Notes: generated by a model from the letters alone, not told the origin. 60,760 bases of DNA, filler included, from 4 parts of 4 records of this genome joined end to end with filler, not necessarily neighbours in it; one strand, 5' to 3'; positions 8,982-19,333 are shown, counted from the whole stretch's first letter. Numbers and translations: made by a program.

Positions 8982-10750
8982 CAGCTATCCACTCCTATGG
9001 CGGTATCGCCGCCCAGATCATCGGCATCCACCGACATGTCGGCTTCCGAGGTGGCCGCTACTCGTGCCACTTCCTGCAACGAGGTCACCCCCTGCAGAGC
9101 ATAGTCCATGGCGCACTGCCCCAAAGGCCGATAAATGGGGCTTCGGCGGGCGGCCCGGGTAAAGTCTGAGACATCCTTGCGGCGCAGCGCATCCAGCATG
9201 TCCTCGTCCATTTCCAGCATTTCGTAGACGCCCAGCCGGCCCTTGTAACCAGTGTTGCTACACTGATAGCAGCCCTTGCCGTGAATAAAGCCGGCTTCAA
9301 TATCGAGTGGATCCAGGTCAAAGGACTGCAGCCAGATCAGCTCCTGTTCGGTGGGCTGGTAGGGCTCTTTGCAGTTGTCGCATACCCGCCGAACCAGGCG
9401 CTGAGCCACCACGCCCAACAGTGAACTCGCCACCAGGAAGGGCTCCGCCCCCATATCAATCAGGCGCATGGCACTGCTGATTGAATCGTTGGTGTGCAGG
9501 GTGGACAGCACCAGGTGACCGGTCATGGCAGCACGCAAGCCAATCTCGACGGTTTCGTGGTCGCGCATTTCACCCACCAGAATGATATCCGGGTCCTGGC
9601 GCAGAGAGGCGCGCAACACGTTGGCAAATTCCAGTCCGATTTTTGGATTCACCTGAACCTGGGTAATCCGTGGCAACCGGTATTCCACCGGGTCTTCAGC
9701 GGTAATGATCTTGACCTCGGGTTTGTTCAGCTCGGTTAACGCGCCATACAGGGTCGTGGTTTTACCGCTGCCGGTGGGGCCGGTTACCAGAATCATGCCG
9801 TGGGGCTTTTTGATCAGCTTACGGAAACGTTCCAGCAAGTGCGGTGGCATGCCGGTACCCTGAAGATCCAGCATACCCTGGCTCTGGTCCAGCAAACGCA
9901 TCACCACCGATTCACCATATTGCACAGGCATGGTGGATACCCGCACATCGATACTGCGGCCTTTTACCCGCACGTTGAAACGGCCATCCTGCGGCAACCG
10001 CTTCTCGGAAATATTCAGGCCCGCCATCAGTTTCAGGCGCAGGACCAGCGCCGCGTTCACGCGTTTTTCCTTCATCACCTGTTCCTGAAGCACCCCGTCC
10101 ACCCGCTGGCGGATACGCACCACCGACTCATCCGGCTCGATATGAATATCCGAACTCCGGGCCTGCACGGCGTCCTCAAACAGAGTCTGCAATAGTTTGA
10201 CCACCGGAGCATCAGCGCTTTCGGATTCGGCAGACAGGTCCGCCAGGTCGAAGGCATCATCGCCCAGCTCGTCTTCCAGCTCCTCGGCCAGCGAGGCAAT
10301 CTCGTCGGTACGGCGGTAGACCAGGTCCAACGTGTTGAGCAGTTCGCTTTCCCGAACAACCGCCTGTTTGATGGGCTGCTTGAGCACCCGCACCAGTTCA
10401 TCGTAGGCAAAAATATCGAGCGGGTCGGCCATGCCCACCAGCAACTCGCCCCCCTGTTCCGCCAGCACAATCGCCCGGAACCGGCGCGCGAGGGCCTCAG
10501 GCAACTTCTTTACCAGTTCGTTGTTGAACTGGTAGTGGCGCAGTTGTACGAACGGCACCTCCAACTGGCGGGAGAGGATATTAAGCAGGTTATCCTCATC
10601 CACATAGCCCAGATCAATCAGGGTCCGGCCCAGTTTCCGGCCGGTGTTCTTCTGCTCACGCAGCGCCGTCATCAGCTGCTGCTCGGTGATGACGTCGTTC
10701 TGGACCAGCAGGTCACCTATGCGAATTTTTTTCTTCGGTTCTGTGGTCAT
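8981..10750 (-). CDS. mshE: MSHA extension ATPase MshE with N-terminal MshEN domain
   Basis: Start at ATG 10750 (ATGA overlap with mshN); RIGDLL...KLGRTL tandem motif, Walker A GPTGSGKTTT, RQDPDIILVGEMRD, CxxC...CxxC. Confidence 0.93.
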   Translation of the reverse strand: MTTEPKKKIRIGDLLVQNDVITEQQLMTALREQKNTGRKLGRTLIDLGYVDEDNLLNILSRQLEVPFVQLRHYQFNNELVKKLPEALARRFRAIVLAEQGGELLVGMADPLDIFAYDELVRVLKQPIKQAVVRESELLNTLDLVYRRTDEIASLAEELEDELGDDAFDLADLSAESESADAPVVKLLQTLFEDAVQARSSDIHIEPDESVVRIRQRVDGVLQEQVMKEKRVNAALVLRLKLMAGLNISEKRLPQDGRFNVRVKGRSIDVRVSTMPVQYGESVVMRLLDQSQGMLDLQGTGMPPHLLERFRKLIKKPHGMILVTGPTGSGKTTTLYGALTELNKPEVKIITAEDPVEYRLPRITQVQVNPKIGLEFANVLRASLRQDPDIILVGEMRDHETVEIGLRAAMTGHLVLSTLHTNDSISSAMRLIDMGAEPFLVASSLLGVVAQRLVRRVCDNCKEPYQPTEQELIWLQSFDLDPLDIEAGFIHGKGCYQCSNTGYKGRLGVYEMLEMDEDMLDALRRKDVSDFTRAARRSPIYRPLGQCAMDYALQGVTSLQEVARVAATSEADMSVDADDLGGDTAIGVDS

Positions 10751-11898
10751 GATCCTGCCTGCAATGCATTCAAGCGTTCTCGGGCGTAGTCCGCCAGCGC
10801 CGGAGACAATCCCGGCAAGGCTGCAGCCTGGGCATAAGCCTGCGCAGCGCTGCGGCCGCGCCCTCCGGTTTCCAGGGCAATGGCCAGGCCGAGCCACCAG
10901 GCTGGGCGACTGTCGTCGTAGGCAATGAGTTCCGCCCAGTGGCCGGCAGAGGCCTCCGTCTGCCCGACCTGTTGCAGCAAGGTAGCCAGCGTGATGCGGT
11001 ACTCTGGCTGATCAGCCACAGCCGGCACCCGGGCCAACAACGTGGCCACTGCCTGCTCAAGCTGCCCCTGCGCCAGTAAAGCTCTGGCCCGGAGCAAGCG
11101 CAGGCCGGCGTAATCGTCAGTCACCGCAGCCGGGAGCCAGCCAAGTGCCCGCTCCGCTTCTCCCTGCACCAGCAGGTCACGGGCAATCACTTCCCGGCTG
11201 TTCGGTGCAGGTTGGCTTTCAATCAGCGTGGCAAGCAACTGCTCGGCCTCAGCATTGCGCCCTGACGCCAACAGACTGGCCAGCTCACGGCTGGTGCGCA
11301 GGTCGATCGCTTCCGGTGTTTCGCGGGATTGTTTCACGGATGTCCGGGCCGGCGTTGCCGCAGGTTCAGGCTCAGCAATGGCGACAGCCGGCTCAGGCTC
11401 CGCCGCGCTGGCTTTTTCTGCTACGGCCACCTCGGGTGTGGCTGGCTCCTGCTGTTCAGTCGGTTCTGCCAGGTGCCGGACCGGTTCCTCAACCGTTTCG
11501 ATGGTGGCCGGCTCTGGGGCTACAGCAGGCTCAGCTGTCACCACCGGTTCAAGAACAGGTCTGGCTACTGATTCAGGCGGTGTAACCGCGGAAGAATTCG
11601 CCGCCTCCGTATTCGGCCGGAACTGCGCCACAGTCTGAGTTTCGAGAAGATCTTCGGGGACGGGAGCTGGCGCCACATTGGCTTCAGTAAGCGCTGGGGC
11701 AACCGTCTCGCCTTTCGAAATAAACCACCACGCTACGCCAGCGCCGAGCACCAGGAAGCTCACAAGAACGAGCAGCAAAGCGGTTTTTGCACCGGATCCC
11801 GTACCCGCTGTTGTGCTGTTACCGGTATACACCGCCGACACCTGTGGTTGTTGCTGCCGCTGTTCGGCCGCCCTCAGGGCATCGTTCAACAGGCTCAT
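10747..11898 (-). CDS. mshN: MshN-like TPR protein
   Basis: MSLLNDALR start, TM segment, Pro/Ala/Glu-rich linker, TPR-like C-terminus WWLGLAIALE. Confidence 0.8.
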   Translation of the reverse strand: MSLLNDALRAAEQRQQQPQVSAVYTGNSTTAGTGSGAKTALLLVLVSFLVLGAGVAWWFISKGETVAPALTEANVAPAPVPEDLLETQTVAQFRPNTEAANSSAVTPPESVARPVLEPVVTAEPAVAPEPATIETVEEPVRHLAEPTEQQEPATPEVAVAEKASAAEPEPAVAIAEPEPAATPARTSVKQSRETPEAIDLRTSRELASLLASGRNAEAEQLLATLIESQPAPNSREVIARDLLVQGEAERALGWLPAAVTDDYAGLRLLRARALLAQGQLEQAVATLLARVPAVADQPEYRITLATLLQQVGQTEASAGHWAELIAYDDSRPAWWLGLAIALETGGRGRSAAQAYAQAAALPGLSPALADYARERLNALQAGS

Positions 11899-12705
11899 AA
11901 CCACCTCCCAAACAGTCCGAGGGAACGGGCGCTTTCGGTATCCCTGACCGCGAGCAGCGCGTGCCTGCGATTGACTAATCGATCCCCCTGCCCCCAGGCC
12001 GCCAGCATGGCCTTGTGTGCCAGCACATTCACTAGCCTTGGAATACCTCCTGACGCCCGCCAGATCACTCTGAGAGCAGCTGGCGCGAACAGGTCGGAGC
12101 CGTTATACCCCGCCTGGGAGAGTCGGTGCCGAAGATACTGGCTTACCGAATCCCGGTTCAGCGGTTGCAGGCGAGTCTGGAAGGTAATGCGCTGGCGCAA
12201 CTGGCGCAGACTGTCCTTGCTCAGGGTCGTGTCCAGCTCGGGCTGACCGAACAACACGATCTGCAGCAGCCGGGTGCTTTCGGTTTCCAGATTGGTGAGC
12301 AGGCGCAGGGCTTCAATGGTTTCTTCCGGCATGGCCTGGGCTTCGTCAATCACCAGCACCACCGGCTTCTGGTCCATCGCCAGGGCAATCAGTCTCTCGT
12401 TCAGGGCCTTGAGGATCTGATGGACGTTGGCGCACACAGCCACATCCACCCCCAGCTCCTCCGCGACCGCTTCGTATAGCGTATCCGGTGGCAGATTCGG
12501 GTTGGGCACGTAGGCCGTGCAGGCGTCTCTATCAAGCTCATTCAGTAACAGGCGACATAGCAGAGTTTTACCGGTGCCGACTTCCCCGGTCACCTTGATA
12601 AAGCCTTCCCGCTGCCGCAGCGCCACCAGCAAAAGCTCCAGGGCATCGGAATGGCTGGGCGCCCGCAGGAAGTAGCGGGTGTTGGGCGTCAATGCAAACG
12701 GTGCT
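11895..12705 (-). CDS. mshM: MshM (ExeA-like AAA ATPase), 5' end cut by contig end
   Basis: APFALTPNT, Walker A GEVGTGKT, IDEAQ, LFGQPEL, GIPRLVN. Confidence 0.88.
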
Positions 12706-12805
12706 NNNNNNNNNNNNNNNNNNNNNNNNNNNNNNNNNNNNNNNNNNNNTTAATTAATTAANNNNNNNNNNNNNNNNNNNNNNNNNNNNNNNNNNNNNNN
12801 NNNNN
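12706..12805. other. Artificial contig linker (44 N + TTAATTAATTAA + 44 N)
   Basis: Six-frame stop spacer inside N runs; genes on both sides are truncated. Confidence 0.98.
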
Positions 12806-13183
12806 GTCTTTTTCGATCATCGACTTGGCCGATGCACGTGCCGCATCAGACTTGGTCTGGGTATCGCCGGTGACGAACTGGACCTTCTTGCCCAGGATGC
12901 CGTTACCCTTCAGAGCCTTCGAGGAGAAGGTGTTGATCATGCCGCCGTCGCCTTCACCGTTAAGGTGCTGGACAGCGAGTTCCTGGGCGCGCAATTCATC
13001 GAGGCCCTCGTCAGCATAGGGGCCGGTCTGAGGAACGTTGAAGCCGAGCGTGACAGTTCCGCCCTTCGGTTCATTCAAATAAGCACGAGCCGAGCTCGTA
13101 AACATCGTCGGCAATGCAAGACCGGCGCCGATTGCAGCACCTGACTTGATCAGCGTACGGCGATTCAATTGGAATTTCGACAT
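12806..13183 (-). CDS. Tat-exported branched-chain-amino-acid-type ABC substrate-binding protein, N-terminal part
   Basis: NRRTLIK twin-arginine signal; GFNVPQTGPYADEG is the LivJ-family N-terminal motif; runs into the gap. Confidence 0.8.
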
Positions 13184-13937
13184 AAAATCCTCCCTGGAGT
13201 GGAATGCGCAAGGCCTCCCAGCCTTGCCACCATAGCTACGCTAATAGCAGTCTCCAAACAAACATGACCGGCGGTCTGATGCCATTAGACTATTGTATAT
13301 TCATGCAATATTTTGGATGTGCTTGCCGACTTGCAGACAAACAACGCGGTGTGAATGGTAGTGCTCCGGGTCCATAAAGGTCCTTGAAACGCTTCAACTT
13401 TTGTCCTGCCTGTTGCCTGTTCTGGCAATATTCTTCTGGCCCGGCAGCTTGCGTCTGCGTGACATAAAACGCGGTAGGGGCTGCTGCAGCGAGCTCGATC
13501 TTGGTTGGTTTCGGGGGGCGGGCATTGTGCGTCCGGCGTGAGAATCGACGTTTTGCCTGTTGTGGATGAGAATCACTCAGGTCTCCCAGACAAATTTCCG
13601 CAGTCGCTTCTGTCAGTCAGATGGCAAGTATTGCAGCCGGCCAGTTGCTACCAAGGTGAATGACCAAAATTGGGTGGGCAGAGAACTGTATGCACTCGGT
13701 GGCAAAGCGTTGGAGCCGCTGTGCGGTGCCGCGGGTTATCCCGGGCGCGATACATGTCGGCGTTGACGGCCGGCTCCCAGAGCACTCAATTGGATGGTTG
13801 GGGAAAACTCCAAGGCCGAGCAACGCAAGCACGCGCGGCAACAGCTCGAGATTAACGGTGGTCGCTTGATACATGCAAACGGATGGGCTAGCGTTTTGGC
13901 ATGACGGTGAATTCCGTTATATCCCAGAACGGGGGCT

Positions 13938-14876
13938 TTGATGCAGTCGCTCAGCCGGATCACGACTGAACCCATTCCGATCGAAACGTTGCGCAATGAC
14001 ATCAGTCAGATCTGCGGCGCCTTCGAGATTGAGCCAGGTACACGCAGTGGCCCGTCACACGGGATGGCGCGCAAAGGGATCATAGGTGGGTTTAACACAG
14101 CGTTGGTGTCGCTGGATGCCAAAGTGGCCGAGCGCACACGCACTTGTATCCGGCGCGATCCGGGCGAGTATTTCTTCATGCTGGTGCAGGATTTTGGCCA
14201 ATGCGTGGTGCACCAGAACGGTGCGGCGACGCTGCTGAACCCCGGTGACATGTATATTGTTGATGCGACCCAGCCATCGAAATTTGTCTATGACGGACAG
14301 TTGGCGCATCAGATTTCCATGCATTTGCCGCGGGACGAAATGTTGGGCCGGTTTGGTGCAGCCTGCAATGGTGGCGTTTCCATCGACCGCGCAGATCCTC
14401 TCTGGATGGCGATGCGGGCGGTGCTGGCGAAGATGTTGCTGTGCCCTCCGGAGGCCGGTTTGCAGCTGACCGAGGTGTTCTACGGTCTGATGGGCGCCTA
14501 TTTCCAGGAACGAAGCAGCCAGACCGCCGACCCGCGCGGCCAGGTGATCGAACGAGCGCTGCGAATGATTGCGCTGCACTACCGCGATCCCGGGTTTGGA
14601 CCAGCCGTATTGGCGGACAGGCTGGGTGTGTCGCTGCGCAGTCTGCAACGGTATTTCGAGCCGCTGGGCGAAACGCCGGGTCAGCGGCTGGTGCAGACCC
14701 GGCTGGCGCAGGCCCACGCCGACCTTTCCAATGCCAGGCCAGATACATCGGTGGCCGATCGCGCCTATGCCTGCGGGTTCAACGACCTGTCGCATTTCTA
14801 CCGCGCCTTCCGGCACCGCTATGGGGTGACCCCCGGCGATGTGCTGGCACGCAGCCGTGGCGCGATCGTCCAATAG
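13938..14876 (+). CDS. AraC-family activator, FeaR-like
   Basis: C-terminal double HTH (LGVSLRSLQRYF...AYACGFNDLSHFYRAFRHRYGVTP); precedes aldehyde dehydrogenase and amine oxidase genes. Confidence 0.85.
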   Translation: MMQSLSRITTEPIPIETLRNDISQICGAFEIEPGTRSGPSHGMARKGIIGGFNTALVSLDAKVAERTRTCIRRDPGEYFFMLVQDFGQCVVHQNGAATLLNPGDMYIVDATQPSKFVYDGQLAHQISMHLPRDEMLGRFGAACNGGVSIDRADPLWMAMRAVLAKMLLCPPEAGLQLTEVFYGLMGAYFQERSSQTADPRGQVIERALRMIALHYRDPGFGPAVLADRLGVSLRSLQRYFEPLGETPGQRLVQTRLAQAHADLSNARPDTSVADRAYACGFNDLSHFYRAFRHRYGVTPGDVLARSRGAIVQ

Positions 14877-14895
14877 CTCTGTCGCGTTCTTCCAA
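14858..14895 (+). promoter_or_regulatory. Tandem direct repeat, probable binding sites of the FeaR-like activator
   Basis: TGGCGCGATCGTCCAA (14858-14873) and TGTCGCGTTCTTCCAA (14880-14895), 13/16 identical, 22-bp period, upstream of the ALDH start. Confidence 0.6.
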
Positions 14896-14976
14896 GAACC
14901 CTCCACCACAAGCCCCTAATTTGTCTCCGAGGATCAAGGCAGGCAAAGCGCCGGCTTTGGGATGACGGAGGACATC

Positions 14977-16395
14977 ATGAGAGACAAGATCGATACAATC
15001 GCCCTGGTGATCGGTGGGGAACGGGTGGAGACAGCCACGCGCTTCGAGGTTGCCAACCCGGGCACCGGCGGGATTGCGGGCACCGCCCCGAACGCCGGTC
15101 AGGCAGAGCTGGACCGGGCGGTTGCTGCAGCAAAAGCCGCCTTTCCGGCCTGGTCTGCGAAATCTGATGCAGAGTTGCAGGCCGCCTGTATCGCGGTGGC
15201 CGACACGTTGGAAGAGCATGCCGAGGAACTGGCGCAACTGATAACCGCCGAACAGGGCAAGCCGTTGGCCGGAATCGGGTCTCGCTGGGAAATCGGCGGC
15301 GCGGTTGGATGGGCGCGCTATACCGCTGGTCTGTCGCTGCCAATGCAGGTGCTGCAGGGAACCGATCAGGGCAGGGTCGAGATGTATCGCAAGCCATTGG
15401 GCGTGGTCGGCTCTATCACGCCCTGGAACTTTCCAGTGCTGATTGCGGTCTGGCACATTCTACCTGCCTTGCGTACGGGCAATACGGTGGTCAGCAAACC
15501 ATCTCCTTTGACGCCGCTGGCATCGCTGCGCATGATCGAGCTGATGAACGAGGTTCTGCCCTCCGGAGTGGTCAACTCCGTCAGCTGTCAGGATACGGAT
15601 TTCAACATGGGCGCGACGATGTCCGGGCATGACGACATTGCCAAGATCGTCTTCACCGGCTCCTGCGGCACCGGTCAGAAGGTGATGCAATCCTCAGCCG
15701 AAACAATGAAGCGTCTCACGCTGGAAATGGGTGGCAATGACGCCGGAATTGTACTGGCCGATGCCGATCCTGAAAAGATCGCCGAGGGGTTGTTCTGGGG
15801 CGCCTTCATCAACAATGGCCAGACCTGCGCGGCGATGAAGCGGCTTTATGTCCATGAAGACATTCATGACGCGGTCTGCAAGGCGCTGGTGGCCTATGCC
15901 GGCAACATCAAGTTGGGTGAGGGGACCCGGGAGGACAGCGTTCTGGGCCCAGTTCAGAACCAGATGCAGTTTGACAAGGTCGCCCGGCTGGTGGCGCAGG
16001 CTAAGGCAAAAGGGCAGGTGTTGCTGGGTGGGGATGCGGGCGAGGGCTTGTTTTTTGCTCCAACGATCATTGCCGGTCTGGGGGCTGATGACCCGCTGGT
16101 TTACGAGGAACAGTTCGGCCCGGCCCTGCCGGTCATTCGCTACAGCGATGTCGAAGATGCGCTGAGCCAGGCAAACGCGCTCGAGGTGGGGCTCGGAGGG
16201 TCGGTCTGGTCCAGCGACGTCGACAAGGCGAGGCAGATCGCCAAACGTATGGAGTGCGGCTCCGTGTGGATCAACAGCCATGGTATGATCCAACCCAACG
16301 TGCCCTTTGGCGGTGTCAAGAAATCAGGTTTCGGAGTTGAATTCGGTGAAGAGGGATTGAAGGAATACACCACTATCCAGGCGGTGTTTTCCTGA
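14977..16395 (+). CDS. NAD(P)-dependent aldehyde dehydrogenase (FeaB-like role)
   Basis: ITPWNFP, FTGS, TLEMGGND (catalytic Glu), GQTCAA (catalytic Cys), EEQFGP; GGAGG before ATG 14977. Confidence 0.93.
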   Translation: MRDKIDTIALVIGGERVETATRFEVANPGTGGIAGTAPNAGQAELDRAVAAAKAAFPAWSAKSDAELQAACIAVADTLEEHAEELAQLITAEQGKPLAGIGSRWEIGGAVGWARYTAGLSLPMQVLQGTDQGRVEMYRKPLGVVGSITPWNFPVLIAVWHILPALRTGNTVVSKPSPLTPLASLRMIELMNEVLPSGVVNSVSCQDTDFNMGATMSGHDDIAKIVFTGSCGTGQKVMQSSAETMKRLTLEMGGNDAGIVLADADPEKIAEGLFWGAFINNGQTCAAMKRLYVHEDIHDAVCKALVAYAGNIKLGEGTREDSVLGPVQNQMQFDKVARLVAQAKAKGQVLLGGDAGEGLFFAPTIIAGLGADDPLVYEEQFGPALPVIRYSDVEDALSQANALEVGLGGSVWSSDVDKARQIAKRMECGSVWINSHGMIQPNVPFGGVKKSGFGVEFGEEGLKEYTTIQAVFS

Positions 16396-16507
16396 TCTGT
16401 TCAAGGTGAGAAGACCACATATTGCCCGCGCCTGATGGAGGATGCGGATCGATTGCCCCCGGCAGTGATCGCCGGGCGGCCAGATTGCAACGGAGGAGGA
16501 GAATCAA

Positions 16508-18493
16508 ATGAGACGAACCAACCTTTTGGGCGGAGTTGCCGCCTTGTTCATGCTGGGTGCGGGGGGCGCTTCGGCGCATCCGCTGGATGGGCTTTCCGGC
16601 CCGGAATACCTGAAGATTAACGAGATCCTGCGCAGCAGCGAGCTGGCGGGAGACGCCACGCTCTATCCTTTGATCGAACTGATCGAGCCGCCCAAGGCCG
16701 ATGTTCTGGCCTGGAAGGAAGGCGACACGCTGGACCGCCGCGCCATGGTGCACATGTCGAATGCCGACAGCACCGGCTTTGTCGAAACAGTGGTCAATTT
16801 GACAACCGGAAAGGTCGAAGCCAGCAACCCGGTGACCGGTCAGCCTATGGTGCTGTTTGCCGAGTTCGCCAATGCGATGGGCGCGGCGTTGCAACACCCG
16901 GACATGATCGCTGGCCTTGCCAAGCGTGGCCTGACGCCCGATCAGGTGTTCTGTCTGCCGCTCACGGCTGGCAATTTCTTTGCCGCAGAGGATGACGGCA
17001 CCCGGCTGATGAAAGTGCCGTGTTACGTCAATCCGGATGGCACCAACTTCTACGCCAAGCCGATTGAAGGCATCTATGCGGTTGTCGACCTGCAAAGCGG
17101 CACGGCGCTGCGGGTGATCGATGAGGGCAATGTGGCCGTGCCTAAGGATGGCTGGGGCTATACCGGTGAAGAGATCGAAGCGCGGACACCACAGCGGCCG
17201 GCGATGAACCCGGCGACCCTCTCCCAGGAAGGTGGTCCGAATTACACCTATGCTGACGGTGCGCTGCAATGGGATATGTGGCGGATGCGGATGCGGGTGG
17301 ACAAACGCCCCGGCCCGGTGCTGTCCAATATCGATGTGCTCGACGGCGACGAATGGCGCTCGCTGATCTATCAGGCTCACCTGTCAGAGGTGTTCGTGCC
17401 CTATATGGATCCCAGCGAGGGACTTTACTGGCGCACCTATATGGACAGCGGCGAATACGGCTTCGGTCTGTTCCTGACGCCGCTGGTTGCCGGTATCGAC
17501 TGCCCGAGCTATGCGACGTTCCTGCCGGCAATGATCGCTGATGACGCCGGCAACCCGCTGGAAATTCCTGACGCGATTTGTATCTTTGAGCGTAACATCG
17601 GTGATCCGGCCTGGCGGCATTTTGAAATCTTCGCCCAGGGCCCTGATCAATATGTCCCCGCTGAAGGCCGGCCCGAAACGGAACTGGTGGTGCGCACCGC
17701 GTCCGAGGTGGGCAACTACGACTATCTGATTGATTACCGCTTCAAGCAGAACGGTCAGATGGAAATCAAGATCGGTGCGACCGGCCTTGACGGCGTGAAA
17801 GGGGCCAATGCCACCTCGATGGATGTTCCGAGTGCGGCGGCTGAAACCGAATACGGCACGCTCATCGCCCCCAATCTGGTGGCGGCTAATCATGATCATT
17901 ATTTCAACTTCCGCATCGACTTCGACATCGACCAGCAGAAAAACATGTTCATGACGATGGATATCGTGCCGGCCGAGGTTGCTGACGACAGCCCGCGGCG
18001 GTCGTTGTGGAAGGTGGAGCACAACATGCCGAAATCGGAGATGGAGGCGACCTATCAGATTTCCTCCTTCAAACCGCGGTATTTCATGTTGCAGAACCCT
18101 GACCGCAAGGGTCCGCTGGGACATACGCCGGGCTACATGATTCATCACGGCAGCGTGGCTTACGGACCGTTCGATTTCGAAAATGATCCGCCGATGATCC
18201 GCAATGCCTATATCGAGAATTCGGTATGGAACACGGTTTACGATCCGAATGAACGGTATGCCGGGGGCAAGTTCGCGTTGCAAAGCGATGGCACCGACAC
18301 GCTGGCGCAATGGGTCAAGGAAGACGCGCCGCTGCAAAACAAGGACATCGTGACCTGGTTCACTGCCGGCTTCCACCACATTCCGCGGATGGAAGACTGG
18401 CCGGTGATGTCGACCGAGTGGAAGACAGTGCATATCATGCCGCACAACTTCTTCCCGATGAATCCGGCGATTACCATCCGCGATCCGAAGTAG
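16508..18493 (+). CDS. tynA: Exported copper/TPQ amine oxidase (TynA/MaoA family)
   Basis: Signal peptide then HPLD; YMDSGEYG (catalytic Asp), VGNYDY (TPQ precursor Tyr), HDH and HHIPRMEDWPVM copper ligands. Confidence 0.92.
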   Translation: MRRTNLLGGVAALFMLGAGGASAHPLDGLSGPEYLKINEILRSSELAGDATLYPLIELIEPPKADVLAWKEGDTLDRRAMVHMSNADSTGFVETVVNLTTGKVEASNPVTGQPMVLFAEFANAMGAALQHPDMIAGLAKRGLTPDQVFCLPLTAGNFFAAEDDGTRLMKVPCYVNPDGTNFYAKPIEGIYAVVDLQSGTALRVIDEGNVAVPKDGWGYTGEEIEARTPQRPAMNPATLSQEGGPNYTYADGALQWDMWRMRMRVDKRPGPVLSNIDVLDGDEWRSLIYQAHLSEVFVPYMDPSEGLYWRTYMDSGEYGFGLFLTPLVAGIDCPSYATFLPAMIADDAGNPLEIPDAICIFERNIGDPAWRHFEIFAQGPDQYVPAEGRPETELVVRTASEVGNYDYLIDYRFKQNGQMEIKIGATGLDGVKGANATSMDVPSAAAETEYGTLIAPNLVAANHDHYFNFRIDFDIDQQKNMFMTMDIVPAEVADDSPRRSLWKVEHNMPKSEMEATYQISSFKPRYFMLQNPDRKGPLGHTPGYMIHHGSVAYGPFDFENDPPMIRNAYIENSVWNTVYDPNERYAGGKFALQSDGTDTLAQWVKEDAPLQNKDIVTWFTAGFHHIPRMEDWPVMSTEWKTVHIMPHNFFPMNPAITIRDPK

Positions 18494-18510
18494 CGCAGGA
18501 TACTGGTCAT

Positions 18511-18542
18511 GGGTGTCCGGCGCAGTCCGGGCACCTCTCTTC
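18511..18542 (+). terminator. Possible intrinsic terminator after the amine oxidase gene
   Basis: GGTGTCCGG-N6-CCGGGCACC stem followed by a pyrimidine run, between converging genes. Confidence 0.45.
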
Positions 18543-18634
18543 AATCACTTGGCGACACGGTCAACACCAAGATTCTGCACCAATGAGGGCGTGGGGATTA
18601 GCCACACATAACTGGCGCGCTATTTCATGCGTGG

Positions 18635-19333
18635 TCAACCCGCGGAGTTGTCCTGAACTGCGTTTGTTGTTCTCAACCATTTCAGGACCGAGTCCTGCTT
18701 GTTTTTCATGTGCTGTCTCAAGATCTCGCCCAACTGCTTTCCTTCGCGAGCCTCGAGTGAGCGGATGATCTGCTCGTGTTCGCCAACTGCGTTGGCCCAG
18801 CGCTCCTCCGACAGATTGGCAGCATAGCGAGCTCTTTGCATGCGTGCTGAGAGTGCCTGGCAGGTGTTTGTCAGGCTCTGATTCTTCGCGGCCAGAAGAA
18901 TGGCGCGGTGAATTTCCTGGTTGATCTTGAAATAATCGGCCAGATTTCTGTCGCGGTAATTTTCCATCATCTGGTCGTGAAGCCGGCGGATGTAGGCGAC
19001 TTCGGTATCGGTGATGTTGGAACAGGCGAGCTCTCCGGACAGCGCTTCGAGTGCACCCAAAACCGGAAACACCTCTTCCACTTCTTCTACCGTTACCTTG
19101 GTGACCCATGCGCCGCGATTGGGCTCCAGCCGTACGAGACGTTCGGCGGCCAGTACTTTCAGAGCCTCGCGCATTGGCGTGCGGGAGACGCGAAAGCGTT
19201 CGCAAAGTTCCTTTTCAGGCACCTTGTCCCCGGCTTTCAATTGGCTTTCGACGATGAGCGGACGGATGCGCTCCACCAATTCAAGATGAAGTGATCGTCG
19301 TTCAATCACATTGGTATCGGTGGTGGAAGTCAT
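18635..19333 (-). CDS. GntR-family regulator (FCD domain)
   Basis: EKELCERFRVSRTPMREAL wHTH; NQEIH...EHEQII FCD motifs. Confidence 0.92.
   Translation of the reverse strand: MTSTTDTNVIERRSLHLELVERIRPLIVESQLKAGDKVPEKELCERFRVSRTPMREALKVLAAERLVRLEPNRGAWVTKVTVEEVEEVFPVLGALEALSGELACSNITDTEVAYIRRLHDQMMENYRDRNLADYFKINQEIHRAILLAAKNQSLTNTCQALSARMQRARYAANLSEERWANAVGEHEQIIRSLEAREGKQLGEILRQHMKNKQDSVLKWLRTTNAVQDNSAG

Noticed and set aside
10751-10897. N-terminal extension of MshE in the ORF track (also the extensions of MshQ, MshP, MshD, BtpA and the TonB receptor)
   Set aside because: They overlap neighbouring genes; downstream starts with stop/start coupling or an RBS fit better
12750-12761. TTAATTAATTAA palindrome recurring three times
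   Set aside because: Always centred in identical N runs; an assembly spacer with stops in all frames, not biology
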